From assembly GCF_004010195.1 (NCBI RefSeq), contig NC_057718.1, positions 80,362,116-80,413,149 of the forward strand: a DNA stretch of 51,034 nucleotides, read 5' to 3'. Of the stretch, positions 26,476 through 38,720 are shown one piece after another; positions within the stretch are counted from its first letter, which is position 1, and each line of letters begins with the position of its first letter. Origin of the DNA: Chiloscyllium plagiosum (taxonomy: Eukaryota). The notes under the pieces were generated by a model. It was not told the DNA's origin. It searched no databases and was given only the letters and a program-made list of their open reading frames with translations. Both the position numbers and the translations under genes were made by a program.

Positions 26476-26645
26476 TTAAAAATCACACAACACAAGATTA
26501 TAGTCCAACAGGTTTATTTGGAAGTACTAACTTACGGAGCGCTGCTCCTTCATCACGTGGTTGTGGAGTATAAGATCGTACAACACAGAATTTAGAGGAA
26601 AAGTTTACAATGTGATGCAACTGAAACTATATATTGAAAAAGACC
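26476..26645 (-). mobile_element. PLE terminus, second family
   Basis: Reverse complement of ~47780-47945 (gttaaaaatcacacaacac...gctgctccttcatca). Confidence 0.75.
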
Positions 26646-27039
26646 AAAATGAACTTGAAATTCCAATTCTGTGAACAGATTGGCTCAATCTGAAATAGTA
26701 ACTGTGGTTTGATCTGTCTTTATTGATACAAGCCTTAACTGATCAGTCCTTCTGGGTTAGGCTACCATGAGTCTTGAGACTCAGGGACTGGTCCTGCACT
26801 ATTGACAGACTGCTCCCTTAGTCTGTCTCCAGCCTTAATGTGCAGCACCTCAGTCTCTGCCTTAATTAAGAGTGACAATTGTCTGATTCTCAGGAATTCC
26901 AAAAAACTCTTTTATTTGCATACTATTATACATAATGCTGATATCTAACATACTTCCTTAATACACACCATACTTCTCAGGGTCTCAATTGCCTGTGATC
27001 GATATTGCCAGTTTTATGTTATCAACATATGTATTCACA

Positions 27040-27300
27040 TTATACTGTCAGTTGCAGAGAAGGAATTGAATCAATGGCAAGGGCAAGGAATTGGTGATGG
27101 AAACCAGATTGCAAATCCTGAGACATGGATATCAGGAAAGATGCGCACAGCAACAATTTCAAGAACTTTGGAAGGAAACAAAGATTGGTAATGAAGCAGA
27201 AAGTTTTAATCACAAAAGTATTCAGAGTGGGTTTTAAAAGGAAGGAAATTCGTAATGGTATTGAAAGGGAGGGGAAGCACCTGAAGTGAAGGAGGAATTT
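27040..27300 (-). mobile_element. Ancient L2-like RT fragment
   Basis: Minus strand LFPSKVLEIVA, cf. LPFLSKVLERVV. Confidence 0.35.
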
Positions 27301-27317
27301 ACAGAAAATACAGGAGC

Positions 27318-27421
27318 TGGAAATGTGTTGCTGGAAAAGCGCAGCAGGTCAGGCAGCATCCAGGGAACAGGAGAATCGACGTTTCGGGCATAAGCCCTTC
27401 TTCAGGAAAGCAACAATACAG
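27318..27421 (-). mobile_element. Mini PLE terminus with 14-bp TSD and intact hammerhead core (27377-27406)
   Basis: gaaaatacaggagc at 27304-27317 and 27422-27435; minus strand CUGAAGAAGGGCUUAUGCCCGAAACGUC. Confidence 0.85.
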
Positions 27422-28148
27422 GAAAATACAGGAGCCAGGAAAGGAAGGTGGGTGTAGTACAATAATCAGTAGTATATTAAAAGGAAAGATCTTACCAATG
27501 GAGATACAGACCAATGTATTTGCCACTACTGCTCACAGTTTAAATAACAATATCTTAACTGAGATATACTGTTGAATAAATTAAGGAATTTAAAAATTGA
27601 TTTTTATATCAACAAAATTGGAAGCCTACTTAATGTCACCACTGAGCAGATCTACACATGATATAGCACCAGTTCAATTCCAGTTGGCATAGAAAGGGGG
27701 AGTATGAAGACAGATTGATTTAATTCTAAAAGGCAGTCTCAACTTAATGGAAACAGAAGGACATTCTACCAGGGCAGCAAATTTCCAATCTAAATCTTGA
27801 ATGCTTCACGTTGTAGGAACATTTACATTAATTCTAATTGCAGCCCCATTCTGGTGGAAATTTCTGGATATTTCACCATTAAAACAAATTGGCTGCATTC
27901 ACTAAATGCTGGATACTGGAGGTAAAGTGAGTTTAACTAGTACAATCTTGGAAGAACATTTTACATATGAACTGTGTAGATCTGCAGTATTAGCATGGGA
28001 TCAGCTTTTTTTTCACCAAAATATCGAGTTGGTTGGTCAGCGCACCAGGACAGTCTACAAGATCAGGTATAACAGATTCCTAACCTTGGAGGTGCTGGTC
28101 AAATCCTTAAACTCATGGAGTCCAATCCCAGGGAGGGTGCTGTATGGA

Positions 28149-28321
28149 AGGTGAGGACTGCAGATGCTGGAGATCAGAGTCGAGAGTGTGGTGCGAGAAA
28201 AGCACATTCGGTCAAGCAGCATCCAAGGAGCAGGAGAATCATCCTGATGAAGGGCTTATGCCCGAAACGTTGATTCTCCTGCTCCTCAGACGCTGTGCTT
28301 TTGCAACACCACAATCTTGAC
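28149..28321. mobile_element. Fold-back mini PLE with 15-bp TSD (1 mismatch) and hammerhead core at 28244-28271
   Basis: agggtgctgtatgga 28134-28148 / agggttctgtatgga 28322-28336; CUGAUGAAGGGCUUAUGCCCGAAACGUU. Confidence 0.85.
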
Positions 28322-28469
28322 AGGGTTCTGTATGGAGTTGGGTGGAATCGCACCTTCTCCTCCTGTCCTAAAATGCATGCTGCCAATACACTTGCCTTCT
28401 TCCCAAGGCTATCCATACTCTGTGTTGAGGTCTTGAATACATAGTTACAATTAAACCTGTGAGCTATAC

Positions 28470-29843
28470 AGTCATAGAGTCATAAAGATGTACAGCATGT
28501 AAATAGACCCTTCAGTCCAACCCGCCCCTGCTGACCAATCTAGTCCCACCTGCCAGCACCCGGCCTATATCCCTCCAAACACTTCCTATTCATATACCCA
28601 TACAGTTGCCTTTCAAATGTTGCAATTGTACCAGCCTCCACCACTTCTCTGGCAGCTCATTCCATTTCACGTACCACCCTCTGCACGAAAACGTTGCCCC
28701 TTAGGTCTCTTTTATATCTTTCCCCCACACGCTAAACCTATGCTCTCTAGTTCTGGACTCACCAACCCCAGGGAAAAGACTGTGTCTATTTATCCTATCC
28801 ATGCCCCTCATGATTTTATAAACCTCTATAAAGTCACCCCTCAGCCTCCAATGCTCCAGGGAAAATAGCCATAGACAATTCAACCTCTCCCTAAAGCTCA
28901 AATCCTCCAACCCTGTAAATCTTTTCTGAACTCTTTCAAGTTTCACAACATCTTTCCGATAGGAAGGAGACTAGAATTGCACACAATACTCCAACACTGG
29001 CTTAACGAATGTCCTGTACAGCTGCAACATGACCTCCCAGCTGCTGTACTCAATACTCTGACCAATAAAGGAAAGCATACCACTATCCTAGCTACCTGCA
29101 ACTCCACTTATAAGGAACTATGAACCTGCACTTTAAGGTCTCTTTGTTCTGCAACACTCCCTAGGACCTTACCATTAAGTGTATAAGTCCTGTTAAGATT
29201 TGCTTTTTCAAAATGCAGCACCTCACATTTATCTAAATTAAACTCCAAATCAAGTTTGTGAGATATGATTTCCCACACACAAAGCCATTTTGACTATCCC
29301 TAATCAGTCCTCGCTTTTCCAGATTCCCTCCAACAACTTGCCCACCACTGACCTCAGGCTCACTGGTCTATAGTTCCCTAGCTTGTCCTTACCACCCTTC
29401 TTAAACAGTGGCACCATGTCAGCCAACCTCCAGTCTTCCGGCACCTCACCTGTGACTATCCATGATACAAATATCTCAGCAATCACTTCTCTAGCTTCCC
29501 ACAGAGGTCTAGGGTTCACCTGATCAGGTCCTGGGGATATATCCACTTTTATGCATTTCAAGACATCCAGCACTTTGTCCTCTGCAATATGGACATTTTT
29601 CGAGATGTAACTATCTATTTCCCTACATTCTATATCTTCAGTGTCCTTTTCCACAGTAAATACTGATGCAAAATACTCGTTTTGTATCTCCCCCATTTTC
29701 TGCAGCTCCATAGAAAGGCTGCCTTGCTGATCTGTGAGGATCGCTCCCAAACTACCCTTTTGTCCTTAATGTATTTGTAAAAACCCTTTGGATTATCCTT
29801 AATTCCATTTGCCAAAGCTATCTCATGTCCCATTTTTGCCCTA
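28470..29843 (-). mobile_element. CR1/HER1 LINE 3' portion with internal deletion
   Basis: ORFs 29304-29750 (PGPDQV...EDWRLADMVPLFKKG...NYRPVSL) and 28701-28946 (LERVQKRFT); same subfamily as 21623-24861. Confidence 0.9.
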
Positions 29844-29850
29844 TATTTGT

Positions 29851-30338
29851 GGGTAATCCAAGATGGAGGACAGGAAGAATGTCTGGCTGTAACAGCTGCT
29901 CCTTTTTTGAGGTATTTTAGGTGTTGGAGGTGATTTCTTCAAATTCTAGGAGCAGCAATTACTGTTTCATATGCTGTTATATTGTTTTGGAACTTTGGAG
30001 AGAGAGAGAGAGAGAGAGAGCACGAAAGAGCGAGAGCGAGAGAAACTGACACCACAGTGAACCTACACAGTTACTGCCTTTGCTGTTTGAATTCATGTGT
30101 CACTGGACATCGGAGTGCGTCTGGTAAAATTGACAAACAGTGAAATTCACAACAAATCTTGGAGGAACGTTTGGGCGAAGTCACAGCACAGAAACAGGTA
30201 AGTGAATAGCTTTCAGTGTGGCCTACGTAAAGTCTGCAGTAGTGAGAAACGTGGGTTCTTTCTTGATTGTATGTTTTTTGCGATATGTCTCTTAATTAAA
30301 CTTAAAATATAAGTCATAACTATTAATTTAACCTGGAG
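29851..30338 (+). mobile_element. CR1 5'UTR in opposite orientation, abutting the minus-strand copy; includes a (GA)n tract at ~29998-30042
   Basis: Reverse complement of ~24310-24861. Confidence 0.85.
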
Positions 30339-30939
30339 TTAGTTAAATCCAACATTTCCAGTCTAATTGATATTTAAAATACCAATCCTTTCCTGGAGTT
30401 GGTGGCTGCCCACCCTTTATTTCATCTTAGAAAATATCAAGATCAAGAGGTAGGAACCAGCTTCCTGACGTACTTGGAAGTTTTGTCCACTTACCCCATT
30501 CACAACTCATCACCCCATTCAGCCAGGTTAAAGAAAACCATTCACTTTACATCAACCCTATCTAACTCATCCATAATTTTAGAATAATTCCTATATATTG
30601 ACAATCTCAAGCATTCTTACCTTGCGAGTACACATTCATGTCATATCTCTCCATCACCTCAGATGGTGCAGACCATGCTCCAACTTTAAGACAATCAGGG
30701 AGAGCAGTAATGACCCTGACATGAGGATACAATCCTTTTCAAGTACTTCTCAACTAAAAGCAGATTTGGTAATTTGGGAGCCATTAATATGGGCATATAC
30801 TTATCGAACAGAACTAAAGAATGGGGAAAGCGCTGGTGGCATTCCAAGTACATTGTGCAGCTATTGAAGGAGTTTGCCTTAAGCATGTGCAGCGTGTTAA
30901 TGCAGGCCACAATATGTTCTCTCACACAGAATGGACAGC

Positions 30940-33232
30940 TATATGGAACATGGCCAACAAGAGGAGAGGCCACATTGGATTTGAAAATGGGCAAGGTGTA
31001 GAACTTGGAGGCAGGTGAGCACTCTGATCATAATGCCCACAATTTGGTTATATTTACTTCAGCCTTGGAAAGGGATAGTTTTATACCACAGGGCAAGGGC
31101 TACAGCTGGGGGAAAGGCAATTAAGATGAGATTAGGTGAGATTTAGGATGCATAGGATTGGGAAGGAAACTGCAGGGATGAGCACAAGTGAAATGTGGAG
31201 CTTGTTCAAGAAACAGCTACTGCGTGTCCTTGATAAGTATATACTTGTCAGGCAGAGAGGAAGTGTTCAAGTGAGGGAACCGTGGTTTACTAAAAGAAGT
31301 TGAATCTCTTGTTAAGAGGAAGAACGAGGTTTAGGTTAGGACGAGATGTGAAGGCTCGGTTAGGGCGCTTGAGAGTTACAAGTTAGCCAGGGAAGACCTA
31401 AAGAGGGTGTTAAGAAGAGGCAGGAGGTTCATGAGAAGTCGTTGGCACGTCGAATCAAGAAAAACCCTAAAGCTTTCTATAATTATGTCAGGAATAAAAG
31501 AATGACAAGAGTAAGAGAGAGGATAGTAGTGGGAAGTTGTGCGTGGAGTCCGAAGTGATAGGAGAGGCGCTAAATGAATATTTTTCATCAGTATTCACAA
31601 GGAAGAAGACAATGTTGTCGAGGAGAATACTGAGATACTGGCTACTAGACTAGACAGGACTGAGATTCATAAGGAGGAGGTGTTAGCAATTCTGCAAAGT
31701 GTGAAAATAGATAAGTCCCCTGGGCTGGATGGGATTTAGTTTAGGATTCTCTGGGAAGCTAGGGAGGAGATTGCAGAACCTTTGGCTTTGATCTTTATAT
31801 CATCATTGTTGACTGGAATAGTGCCAAAAGACTGGTGGATAGTAAATATTGTCCCCTTGTACAAGAAAGGGAATAGAGACAACCTTGATAATTATAGATT
31901 ACTTAGATTAGTGAGCCTTACTTTGGTTGTTGGTAAAGTGTTGGAAAGGATTGTAAGAGAGGATTGATAATCATCTAGAAAGGAATAATTTGATTAGGGA
32001 TAGTCAACATGGTTTTGTGAAGGGTAGGTTGTGCCTGACAAACCTTATTGAGTTCTTTGAGAAGGTGACCAAACAGGTGGATGAGGATAAAGAGGTTGAT
32101 GTCATGTATATGGATTTCAGTAAGGCTTTTGATAAGGTTCCCCATGGTAGGCTATTGCACAAAATATGAAGGCATGGGATTGAGGGTGATTTATTGGTTT
32201 GGATCAGAAATTGGCTAGCTGAAAGAAGACAGAGGGTAGTGATTGATGGGAAATATTCATCCTGGAGTTCACTTACTGGTAATGTACTGCAAGAATAGAT
32301 TTTGGGGCCACTGATATTTGTCATTTTTATAAATGACTTGGATGAGGTTGTAGAAGGATGAGTTAGTAACATTGCAGATGACACTAAAGTCAGTGGAGTT
32401 GTGGACAGTGCGGAAGGATGTTGCAGGTTACAGACGGACATAGACAAGCTGAAGAGCTGGGCCGAGTAGCAAATGGAGTTTAATGCAGAAAAGTGTGATG
32501 TGATTCACTTTGAAAGGGGTAACAGGAATGCAAAGTACTGGGCTAATGGTAAGATTCTTGAGAGTGTGGATGAGCAGAGAGATCTCTGTGTCCATGTGCA
32601 TAGATCCCTGAAAGTTGCCAATAGGTTGATAGGTTGTTGAGAAAGCGTACAGTGTGTTAGCTTTTATTGGTAGAGGGATTGAATTTCAGAGTCATGAGGT
32701 CATGTTGCAGCTGTACGAAACTCTGGTGCGTCCACACTTGGAATATTGTGTACAGTTCTGTCGCCACATTATAGGATGGATGCGGAAGCATTGGAAAAAG
32801 TACAGATGAGATTTACCAGGATGTTGCTTGGTATGAAGGGAAGATCTTATGAGGAAAGGCTGAGGGACTTGAGGCTGTTTTCATTAGAGAGAAGGTTAAG
32901 AGATGACTTAATAGAGACATACAAGACGATCAGAGGATTAGATAAGGTGGATAGTAAGAGCCTTTTTCCTTGGATGGTGGTGGCTAGCACGAGGGAACGT
33001 AGCTTTAAAACGAGGGGTGACCTTCTTTACTCAGCAAGTAGTAAGACCGTGGAATGCCCTGCCTGCAAAAGTAGTAGACTCACCAACTTTAAAGGGCATT
33101 TAAATGGTCAATGGATAAATATGGATGATAATGGAATAGTGTAGGTCAGATGGGCTTCAGATTGGTTTCACAGGTCAACGCAATATCAAGGGCTGAAGGG
33201 CCTGTGTTGCACTGTAATGTTCTGTGTTCTAA
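30940..33232 (+). mobile_element. CR1 LINE (different subfamily): EN C-terminus to 3'UTR
   Basis: PTRGEATLDL, VPKDWWIVNIVPLYKKG, QHGFVKGRLCLTNL, YMDFSKAFDKVPH, IADDTK, LEKVQMRFTRML. Confidence 0.92.
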
Positions 33233-33589
33233 CATGGTGTTATTGGTGCAATATATCGGGGTTAGGACTGTAGAGGTTGGTCAACTACCTAAATGAAATG
33301 TAGATGTGCTGGGTAGTGTCCATGTTTGGGAAATGATGTTTAACTTAATAAACTGTAGTGTTATACATTTAGGCAGGCAAAATACAATATGTACATACAC
33401 CAAAAGGATTCAGAAAAGACTTACAAGCATGTTGCCAAGGTTGGAGGGTTTGAGTCATAGGGAGAGGCTGAATAGGCTGGGGCTATATACCCTGGAGTGT
33501 TGGAGGCTGAGGGATGACCTTATAGAAGTTTATAAAATCATGAAAGGCATGGATAGGGTAAATAGATAAGGTCTTTTCCCTTGGATCCA

Positions 33590-35092
33590 AGGTGGGAGTG
33601 ACACCCCTTGTTGGGGAGAAGCCCAAGGAAGACGAATAAACTGAGGAGTTAAAACAGAAATATCCTGGTATTTTCCCAGACTGTGTAGTAACCAGATCCC
33701 ACTATCATAAGTCACAGCACAAAGAGAAAAATTTGGCATAATGGTGCAGGAAAAACCCAAACAGGCAATGGGTCAGACATAAGTGTTTAGTCCTGAAAAA
33801 ATGTATATATGGATGCGTACTCCGATAAGGAGGCAGACAATATTCCAGAGGGTTATTATCTGAAAGATTGAATCCTAAGACAGAAATGGAGATCACGACA
33901 GGTTAGTGCAGAAGAGAAATGGGCCGAAGTGTACCAGATTGTGATGTCGGTAGCATACAGACAGGAGGTATTACGAGTAGCACATGAACTGCCTGGACGA
34001 GGTCACAAAGGGGTACAAAAGACTCAGGTTAAAGGTATAAACACATTTTTATTGGCCTGGAAGGCACAAGGATGTGGTTAACCTTTGCTGTACGTGTCAT
34101 ACCTGTCAAATGATAGGTAAGCCACAGGTGGTAATAAAACCAGCACCTTTGTCATCAATTCCCGCATTTAAAGAACTTTTCATGTGGGTTATAACTGATT
34201 GTGTAGGTCCCCTCCCAAGAACTAGAAGTGGGAACCAGTACTTGTTAATCATAGTAGATGTCTCGACCAGATTTCTGGAGGCAATTCTATTATGGTGTAT
34301 CAAGGTAAAATAGGTGGGAGGGGAGTTAGTAGCTTTCTTCACACAGTCTGGGCTACCCAGAGAGATTCATTCAGACCAAGGGTCAAATTTTACTGCTAGG
34401 CTGTTTAAGGAGGTTATGGATAGCTTAGGTTTACAGCACTTTGAATCCAGTGTGTATATTCCTGAATCCCAGGGAGCTTTAGAAAGATAGCATCAGACCT
34501 TGAAGACCATCTTGACAGCATACTAAAAGGATTACTCGAATGATTTGAAAAAAGGTATCCCATTTATATTGTTTGCCATTAGAGATGCCCCAAACAAATC
34601 TACTCAGTTCACTTCCTTTGAATTAATATTCGGGCATGAAGTGAGAGGACCTTTGAAATTAATTAAAGAAAAATTGACAGGACCAACTTTGGAAATCTCC
34701 CACTTAGATTATGTATTGGAGGTGAGGGAGAAATTAATCGAGTAGGTGAGTTAGCTAAACAGCACCTAAAGAGGGCACATTGTAGAATGAAGCAGGTGGC
34801 AGATAAAAGCTCTGAGACTCTTAACGTTTTCCCGAGGGGATGACATGTTACTTCTGTTACCAGTTATATGAGATCCCTTCAAAGTCAGGTTTAGTGGTCC
34901 CTATCAAATTGAGAAAAAGTTGACTCAGGTGGCCTATCTAGTAAAAAAAAAGGTATCAGTTATGCCATGTGAACATGTTGAAACCGTATTATTCTAGACA
35001 GAAAGAACTGGAGAAACAGGAGTTAGTTATTGCCCCGCAGAGTGAGGAATCAAATCCAGATAATGTGGATTTTGTTGTGCCTCAAAATAGAC
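33590..35092 (+). mobile_element. Ty3/Gypsy (Gmr1-like) integrase pseudogene fragment
   Basis: GIFPDCVVTRS; AHE...GH...FYWPG...CCTCHTCQ (HHCC); DCVGPLP; SDQGSNF; ESQGALER; GPY...HVNMLKPY; stops and frameshifts present. Confidence 0.88.
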
Positions 35093-37711
35093 TACCCCAT
35101 GTTGTAGCACTTCCCACCTTTCAGTTGAGCAGCAATATATACTGCAATACACTAGGCATCGCAGTTGTGGGGGGTATGATGGATGGATCAATCAAAGTCT
35201 GCACTGGGAGGAGCAATTTACCCCTATATCTTTCTTGTCAACATTTACATGTTGGTCCAGAAGCCCATTGCATCCATTTTTTAATGTACTTCTTTGATGC
35301 TATAATTAGACGTTATATTGTTTTCAAAGTAGTCAACTAATTAACAAAATAATTTGATTCACAGCCGAACATATTTCACCTAACCCTAAAATAAATAAGA
35401 AGTGATCTACATGAAATGAATTGAATATGCAGGGAACATAAGTAAATAGTATTATTGTTGTGATGGGTATAGCAAGAGGATTTATTTATATGGAGCAGTA
35501 GATTAAACAATAGTAACACAAACTAAATTGGGCTGAGTTCAGAGGCAACATGTAGCAATTAATGAAATTTGTTTCTCAAAATGTGTGGTTTTAAAAACTC
35601 AAGCTTGCATTAGATTGGCTTTCCAAAAATATAATTATTTATTTCCCTATGGGATCCATCTTTTCTAGTAACCACTTTTCATTTAAGTATCAGGCAATAA
35701 AACACCAGGAACCAGTTGCGAAAAGGATTATTTTTCAGATCAATCCTAGAATTGATTTCAAGCCACACTATTCATCAGCCTGAAGCCATACTGTAACATC
35801 AGGAACTAGAAAATATTTATTCCACATTATACTCCATTTAATTTCCATTAATAAAAGTGATACCATTTCAGGTTCTAAAACAACAGTATAGCCTGCAATG
35901 TTTAAGACGCAGAAAACTTAAAATTTTAGAAATGTCAACAATTTTTAACACAATGAAAATCTTTGAAATGTCCAAACAAGTTGAATGGGATTGATTGTAA
36001 AAAAAAATGACATATTTGCATATTTTGCACTGTGTGAACAATTTGTTAGAAATTATATTTTTTTTCTCATCAGACAAGTCCAAGCTGGAGAACTGGACCT
36101 TCAGTAACCAACACATTATATCCAAATGGGAGAGTCGGCTGCACTATATGTCTCTTCCTTTCCTCAGATCCCTCTACTTTCCATTGCATTCATGAGAGTC
36201 GATCATTATACTTACATGATTTATGTTACAGCAAAGTTCCTTTCATCCCATGGCACCTATGCAAATTCCACAAGTGATGTTAGTGGGCTTTGGGCCAGCA
36301 TTTCCATGCTTTAAAGTCATTGCAGTTGACATCTGCATCACTAAGATGACAATGCTAGTTTAGCTAACACCAATGAAATGGTGCAATCCACTTTTGATCA
36401 ACATTTTACGCATTTATTACATACGTGCAAGGAAAAGTTTGTAAATGAAACATAATTGGAGTTTGCAAATGAATGCTTCATGTATTTGCACCTTCAATGT
36501 CTTCATATCCAGCAAACATGGATCCTATCCCTTTGCCCATCGATGTGATCCTGAATCCGTACACCCTAGGTGATGTCCGAACCATTTTTCAGTTGTATTG
36601 TACATTTAGAGAATAGCAAATGATGGCATGGAATGCACCTCATACTGGTCATGATCAGCATCAGGGTCAGACTGATTGCCAGGTATGCCCCCAGATCCTC
36701 TATGTCCCCTTTTGCCATGGACTATCCCAGCAGCCATTACAACCTATCTCACCAATAAGTAGAGTAACTGCACTGAACTTTGCCTCCAACGCCCTTCCCT
36801 ACCCCCAAGCTCCAATATTACACATTATGATTACCCACTCTGATCTTCCCCGCAATACCTATGGAGGCCAGGGAGGTGATCACTGCTAATAAACACCCCA
36901 CCTTCCTTACCCTACCATCTGTTGTTGTTCCACATACACCCTAACTTCCTTGAGCAACTCCCTCACAATCCTTGTTCTCACTTCCTCAAATGCCTTTGCT
37001 TTCCCCACCCCTAGCTCTGACTCCCCAACCTCCTTTGGCAGTGATCTCTCCTTTCACAATCCCCATTAATGATCGATCAATGCATGTCCAGAACTGCATT
37101 CTTTGCAGTCTTAGCAGCTCCCCAGCCGACAATAATTCCTCTGACTGTTGTTGCTGGGCCTACAAAACATTCATTGCTCACTTTCAGGCTGCAGTAAGGC
37201 ACTGCGCTGACAGTGAACATCCTGAGGTGCTGACTGACCAAGGCCAAGTCCCTTGGCTGTGTGGGGACTGTGCTCTGACAGACAGAACTAAGAATCTCTG
37301 ACTGATAGTACTAGAAACCTCAACCAACAGTGACCTCACCTTGACTGAACTGAGGACAAGCCCCGACCCAACTTCTGACATGGCCAATTGATTGAATGCA
37401 CATGAAGTGTATTTGCTAGGCAAGCAGCTGACACATGTTGCAAGTGTTAAACTGAAGTCTCAGCATACTGTACAGCAAGATGTCTCCTTACTGAACAAAT
37501 TCCTATTGATACTCATAACAGGTACATGTCTGTGGGTTGCACAAAAGAGCTTGTTAATATGGCAGCATTGATAGCCTCTGACTCTGGCTAAACTACCAAT
37601 GTGCTAATTGGCATAGCATTGCAGCAAGGCATGGCATGGATGCTGTAGGCATGCAGATAGATGCTAAGTGTGCAAGCATAAAGAGAGAAAGCAAACAGCC
37701 CTGGATTGTAG

Positions 37712-37875
37712 GTGGAAGTGGACACTGCAGATGCTGGAGATTAGGGTCAAAATTAGAGTGCTGCTGCGAGAGTAGTGAGTGGTTCCTGATGAAGGGCTTT
37801 TGCCCGCAACGCCGATTTTCCTGCACCTCGGATGCTGCCTGACATGCTGTACTTTTCCAGCACCACTCTAGTCTT
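37712..37875. mobile_element. Fold-back mini PLE with perfect 15-bp TSD
   Basis: agccctggattgtag at 37697-37711 and 37876-37890; hammerhead core has GAAA mutated to GCAA. Confidence 0.85.
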
Positions 37876-38429
37876 AGCCCTGGATTGTAGCTGGTCCAAT
37901 CCGGGAGCTGTGCCTGCCCCTCTATCCAAAGTGTCCCTGCTACAGTTTTTCAATGCTAATTGAAAATGTCCTTCCCAAACAGCCTGAAAGTATATTGGAG
38001 AAGTGCCATGATGGTCGCAAAGGGTTGGGAAGTGTCAGATGCCAGCGTCCATGTTTTCAGAGGTGTGCGAAGTTGCTATCCATGGCTTTTGCTCTGAGCT
38101 ACTGCTTGGTCAAAACCAGTTCAAGATGACAGTAGATTGAGGCTCCCGTGCCAGAGTTCATTTGCTCCAACTGCTTTTCGTTTTCTTTTTCCTTTCTTCC
38201 CCCCACTTTTCCTTTCTTTATCCATACTTATCTTGAGCTTGGATGGCATCGATAGTGAGAGACCAGCACACGGACCTCAAGCAGAAACAGGACGCTGATC
38301 TCAAGCGGTCATGAGCCAGGCCGGGGGAGCAGATTTTGGGCAGGCCTACCGCGGGCCTTGAGTGAGCCGAGCAAGCAGGAGAGTGAGCCTTGACTTACTT
38401 TTCCGGAGGAAACACAGGAGCTAGATTTA

Positions 38430-38593
38430 ACAGCTGCTACATTGGCAGAGGCGATATCAGTGAAATAGACTGAGGAGCAGACTTTAAAAACTCCAAGCCC
38501 CAGAGGAAAGGTATTTAATCGATTGACCGAACAATCGATTATCCCAATGAAATAGTGCCCGCCCATCACATTCGGATAATCGAGGTTCCCCTG
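38430..38593. mobile_element. Right end of the Tigger-type MITE family seen at 8401-9035
   Basis: ttcggataatcgaggttcccctg|TA and aatgaaatagtgcccgcccat shared with 8988-9035. Confidence 0.8.
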
Positions 38594-38720
38594 TATCTAA
38601 AATCCTCATTCCAGATATCATTCTAGTAAATCTGCTTTGTACTCTCTCCAGGGCTTTAAAATCCTTCCTTAAATGAGGTGCCCACAATTGAACGCAATAC
38701 TCCAAATGTGGTGTGATCAA

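Noticed and set aside
30621..30715. Possible minus-strand exon with strong donor AAG|gtaaga (VITALPDCLKVGAWSAPSEVMERYDMNVYSQ)
   Set aside because: Weak acceptor, unrecognised peptide, sandwiched between LINEs
36214..36256. Minus-strand AG...GTAAGT-bounded ~41-nt segment
   Set aside because: Stops in all three frames; cannot be supported as a coding exon
36620..37700. Second Harbinger Myb/SANT-like relic
   Set aside because: Only compositional similarity to 2540-3100; no convincing motif
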